NCBI GenBank assembly: GCA_000091205.1
Contig: AP006494.2
Direction: 5' to 3' (one strand)
Length of the DNA stretch: 64,000 nt
Source: Cyanidioschyzon merolae
Taxonomy: Eukaryota
Shown here: piece after piece, positions 61,607-64,000 of the stretch
Position numbering within the stretch: the first letter of the stretch is position 1
Layout of the letters: every line of letters begins with the position of its first letter
The notes under the pieces: generated by a model
The model's database searches: none
Told to the model about the DNA's origin: nothing
Seen by the model: the letters and a program-made list of their open reading frames with translations, nothing else
Program-made: the position numbers and the translations under genes

Positions 61607-63055
61607 TCAGCTTGGAGGAACGAGACAGGCCCGAAACGCCTCTTGAATGGCTTGCCGATCCAAATTGCGTCCAATGAAGACCAATCGATTGATTCGAGGA
61701 TCGGTTCCCCAGGGTTCCGAGGCCATACTCTCGAAGAGCATGTGGACGCCCTGGAATATGAACCGCCGATCCGTTCCAGCGATGCTTAAAATCCCTTTCA
61801 TTCGAAAGATATCCTCGCCGCGCTCGCTGAGAAACCCACCGAGCCATTCGTTCAAACGGTCCACGTCGAGGTCGCCAGGTTCACAGATACCAACGGAGCG
61901 AATTGTATGGTCGTGGACATGCGAAGCATGACCGTTCACTGGTGCTGCCTCTCCGTGATCATCATGGTGATCATGGTGATCATGGTGATCATGGTGATCA
62001 TGGTCGTCCTCAGAAGAGGTCTTTTCCATTGCCAGGAAAAAGGGATCTCGCTCGGTAATTCTTTCCAGATCAAAGGCTCGCATGTTAAGGAGTTCGTCAA
62101 TGGGTACCTCTGCGCGGACGCAGCGGATGATTGGGGCCGTCCTATTCAGTGCGCGCAGCGTTTCTTCGGCTTCTCGGAGTTGAGCCGGCGTCACCAGGTC
62201 GATTTTGTTCAAGAGCAAACGATCCGCAAAGGCGATTTGCTCGACAGTTTCCCGTCGTACCCCATGTCTTGGATCCAGATGCATTGCCAGATGCTTGCCG
62301 TCCACGACGGTGATGACGCCGTCCAGGCGCAGAAAGTCGGCAAGCGTTTCGTCCAGAAAGAACGTCTGGACGACGGGCGTGGGGTCCGCCATTCCCGTCG
62401 TCTCGATGAGAATTCCATCGTACTTTGTACTCCGGGTCAACAAACGACGCAGAATCCGAACAAGGTCGCTCCGAACTGTGCAGCAGAGACAACCGTTATT
62501 CATTTCGAAGATTTCATCTCCGCCCTCTAAGAGGATATGGCTTTTCACGAGCTCATCGTCGATACCGACCTCACCAAACTCGTTTTCAATAACCGCGTAT
62601 CGTTTGCCTTGCTGGTTTGCCAGGATGCGGTTGAGAAGCGTCGACTTCCCGGATCCCAGAAAACCAGTCAGGATGCTGACTGGAATTCTCTGGTCGACAA
62701 ACGCGGTCGAATCAGGACGCTCCTGGTTATCCTGGCTCGCATCCGGTGCTGGAGACGGAGCTGGACTCGACGGCGCTGCAGCACTAGCCCGAATACGTAA
62801 GAGATCGGGGCGTAGCTGCTGGCTAGCCAGCCGTAAAGGTGCTGTCGTGAAAACGCAGTTCCGGGTCCAAAGGAAGCTCCCGTGAAAACCCGTAGGAAGT
62901 GGTTGATACGTCCTACGATGAGCGCTTGTTGTTGCGAAGACAAACATGCTGTTCACGGTGTCTGAGCACTGCAGCAGGAAAACGCCGTTGCTCAAGTGCG
63001 AGACAAAGAACGTATCTGTCGATTCGGGGCGAAGCGCCGGCGGCGGTGTCGTCAT
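61607..63055 (-). CDS. COG0523/CobW-domain GTPase, zinc-chaperone type (ZNG1/CBWD-like), with a His-rich tract
   Basis: P-loop …ILTGFLGSGKSTLLNRIL…; a CxCC metal motif …NGCLCCTVRSD…; a CobW C-terminal domain; and a His-rich stretch DHDHHDHHDHHDHHDDH. The track start 63085 is TTG; the ATG is at 63055. An N-terminal extension of ~130 aa has no similarity and may be a targeting sequence or a mis-joined 5' end. Confidence 0.85.
   Translation of the reverse strand: MTTPPPALRPESTDTFFVSHLSNGVFLLQCSDTVNSMFVFATTSAHRRTYQPLPTGFHGSFLWTRNCVFTTAPLRLASQQLRPDLLRIRASAAAPSSPAPSPAPDASQDNQERPDSTAFVDQRIPVSILTGFLGSGKSTLLNRILANQQGKRYAVIENEFGEVGIDDELVKSHILLEGGDEIFEMNNGCLCCTVRSDLVRILRRLLTRSTKYDGILIETTGMADPTPVVQTFFLDETLADFLRLDGVITVVDGKHLAMHLDPRHGVRRETVEQIAFADRLLLNKIDLVTPAQLREAEETLRALNRTAPIIRCVRAEVPIDELLNMRAFDLERITERDPFFLAMEKTSSEDDHDHHDHHDHHDHHDDHGEAAPVNGHASHVHDHTIRSVGICEPGDLDVDRLNEWLGGFLSERGEDIFRMKGILSIAGTDRRFIFQGVHMLFESMASEPWGTDPRINRLVFIGRNLDRQAIQEAFRACLVPPS
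61958..62005 (-). repeat. Coding 9-bp tandem repeat (atcatggtg) x ~5 that encodes the His/Asp-rich metal-binding tract of the COG0523 protein
   Basis: gatcatcatggtgatcatggtgatcatggtgatcatggtgatcatggtc, read directly. The minus strand translates to HDHHDHHDHHDHH. Confidence 0.95.
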
Positions 63056-64000
63056 CGTCGGAGCGACATCTTCGCAGCGCAACAACGGCAGCGTTTGACG
63101 TCGATCTCGATATCCTTAACCCGGGGACGGGTTTCTCTCGTCGTACACCACAAGTTCAAGAATATTCTGTGTATAGGTTCGAGTACTCGACAGTGGGGGC
63201 GTTATCGCAGATGATCCTGGCAGTCTCGACAGAGATTCATGCTGGTAGATATATTCATATTCGAATAAACCGGAACAGGTCCTCGAACATAGGCATACAC
63301 GCAACTGTTCTTTTTTTCAACTGTTATGATCACCGACCATTGCTGGATATTTCTGCGACTGCTTCCTTATTTTCTCTCTTTTTTTCGCTTCCAATACACT
63401 TGTCTCTTATTTCCCTCTGGCTCATTGGTCGGTAAACGAATGATGTTGACGGAAACGGTACATTCTTGATGACGCTGTTTGCAGCGCTTGTCGATGCAGG
63501 TCAGGCACAGATCGTAGTTGCGACTGACGCATCGCTCGCCAGGTTCATCGTTTTTATGTAAAGATTCAGTGTGCGCTTTGCAGCCGTGCCATTTGAATGT
63601 GGTCAGGTATTTCGGTTTGTTCACCGCACTTCCTCATCCAGAGGCTGCACTGTGGTACGTGAGCGCCTGCACCATCGCTCGGCACATGCGCTTGACGGGC
63701 ACTGAAAGACCCACCGTCATGCGCTCCTCCTTTTCCGCGCCATGTACCGCATCCCACGCTCACGGGCTTCTTCTGGGCGATGCGCTTGGCTCGTTTCCAG
63801 TCTGCTGCACACGCAAGCGAACGATGCACTATTCGATGAAGGATTTGCAGAACGCGATGTCGTCCATGATGAAACAAGTGCCGGTAGACAAATCCAAGCT
63901 GAAGAAAAAAGAGACAAATTTCGATTCGTCTACGGTCCCTTCAAGCAAATCGCTGCAACACCGTCTCATGGAACCGATCGTTACGACGGCTCAAGTCCGA

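Noticed and set aside
1602-63085. Using the six-frame track's GTG/TTG-initiated start coordinates as CDS starts
   Set aside because: The gene content is unambiguously eukaryotic. Codons at 1602 (GTG), 6238 (TTG), 12662 (GTG), 35105 (TTG) and 63085 (TTG) are not ATG. I moved each start to the first in-frame ATG that agrees with homologue N-termini.
1-64000. Screen for rRNA, 5S, U6, spliced-leader RNA genes and prokaryotic-style defence or operon systems
   Set aside because: By eye I found no 5S (GCCTACGGCCATACC…) or U6 (GATACAGAGAAGATTAGCATGG) core motifs. The tandem units are too short for SL-RNA. The eukaryotic gene content and alternating strands argue against any prokaryotic system, although a covariance-model scan would be needed to fully exclude small ncRNAs.

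Overview
The window is eukaryotic nuclear DNA, not prokaryotic. It is GC-rich (roughly 55–60%), rich in microsatellites and apparently intron-poor, with long uninterrupted ORFs up to 1678 codons. It carries about 24 protein-coding genes on both strands, with frequent strand switching, so it is not a trypanosomatid-type polycistron. Every recognisable protein is a conserved eukaryotic housekeeping or regulatory family. Family calls rest on conserved motifs read in the translated ORFs and compared with sequences recalled from memory; no database search was run. The six-frame track opens ORFs at GTG/TTG as well as ATG, so I moved each CDS start to the first in-frame ATG that fits the family's N-terminal conservation; the ATG positions are approximate (checked by hand-counting against the 10-base blocks). 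Genes identified: an SLC35B/UAA nucleotide-sugar transporter, SRP68, a GNAT acetyltransferase, mitochondrial GrpE, a DegP/HtrA protease, a small DUF2256 zinc-ribbon protein, a Cyc8/Ssn6-like TPR corepressor, LCMT1, XPC/Rad4, COX5B, a LisH-WD40 TBL1-like protein, a SHAQKYF-class MYB, a MYST histone acetyltransferase, an SF3B3/Rse1-like (DDB1/CPSF_A family) protein, NARFL/Nar1, ribosomal protein eL36, a CDT2/DTL-like WD40 protein, nucleoside diphosphate kinase, ZNF593/Bud20 and a ZNG1/CBWD COG0523 GTPase, plus a few hypothetical proteins. The non-genic structure includes a 68-bp tandem satellite (8 units) with two palindromes per unit. There is also a 21–22-bp minisatellite just upstream of COX5B. 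A diverged pair of inverted repeats (~400 bp, ~70–75% identity) brackets ~11.4 kb. Many tri- and tetranucleotide microsatellites occur, several of them coding (poly-Asp, poly-Ala, poly-Gly, a His-rich tract). An AT-richer island at 53.9–57 kb contains a decayed Tc1/mariner–IS630-type transposase remnant. I could not support any rRNA, tRNA or CRISPR feature, and nothing resembles a prokaryotic defence or mobile system; the findings are ordinary eukaryotic features.
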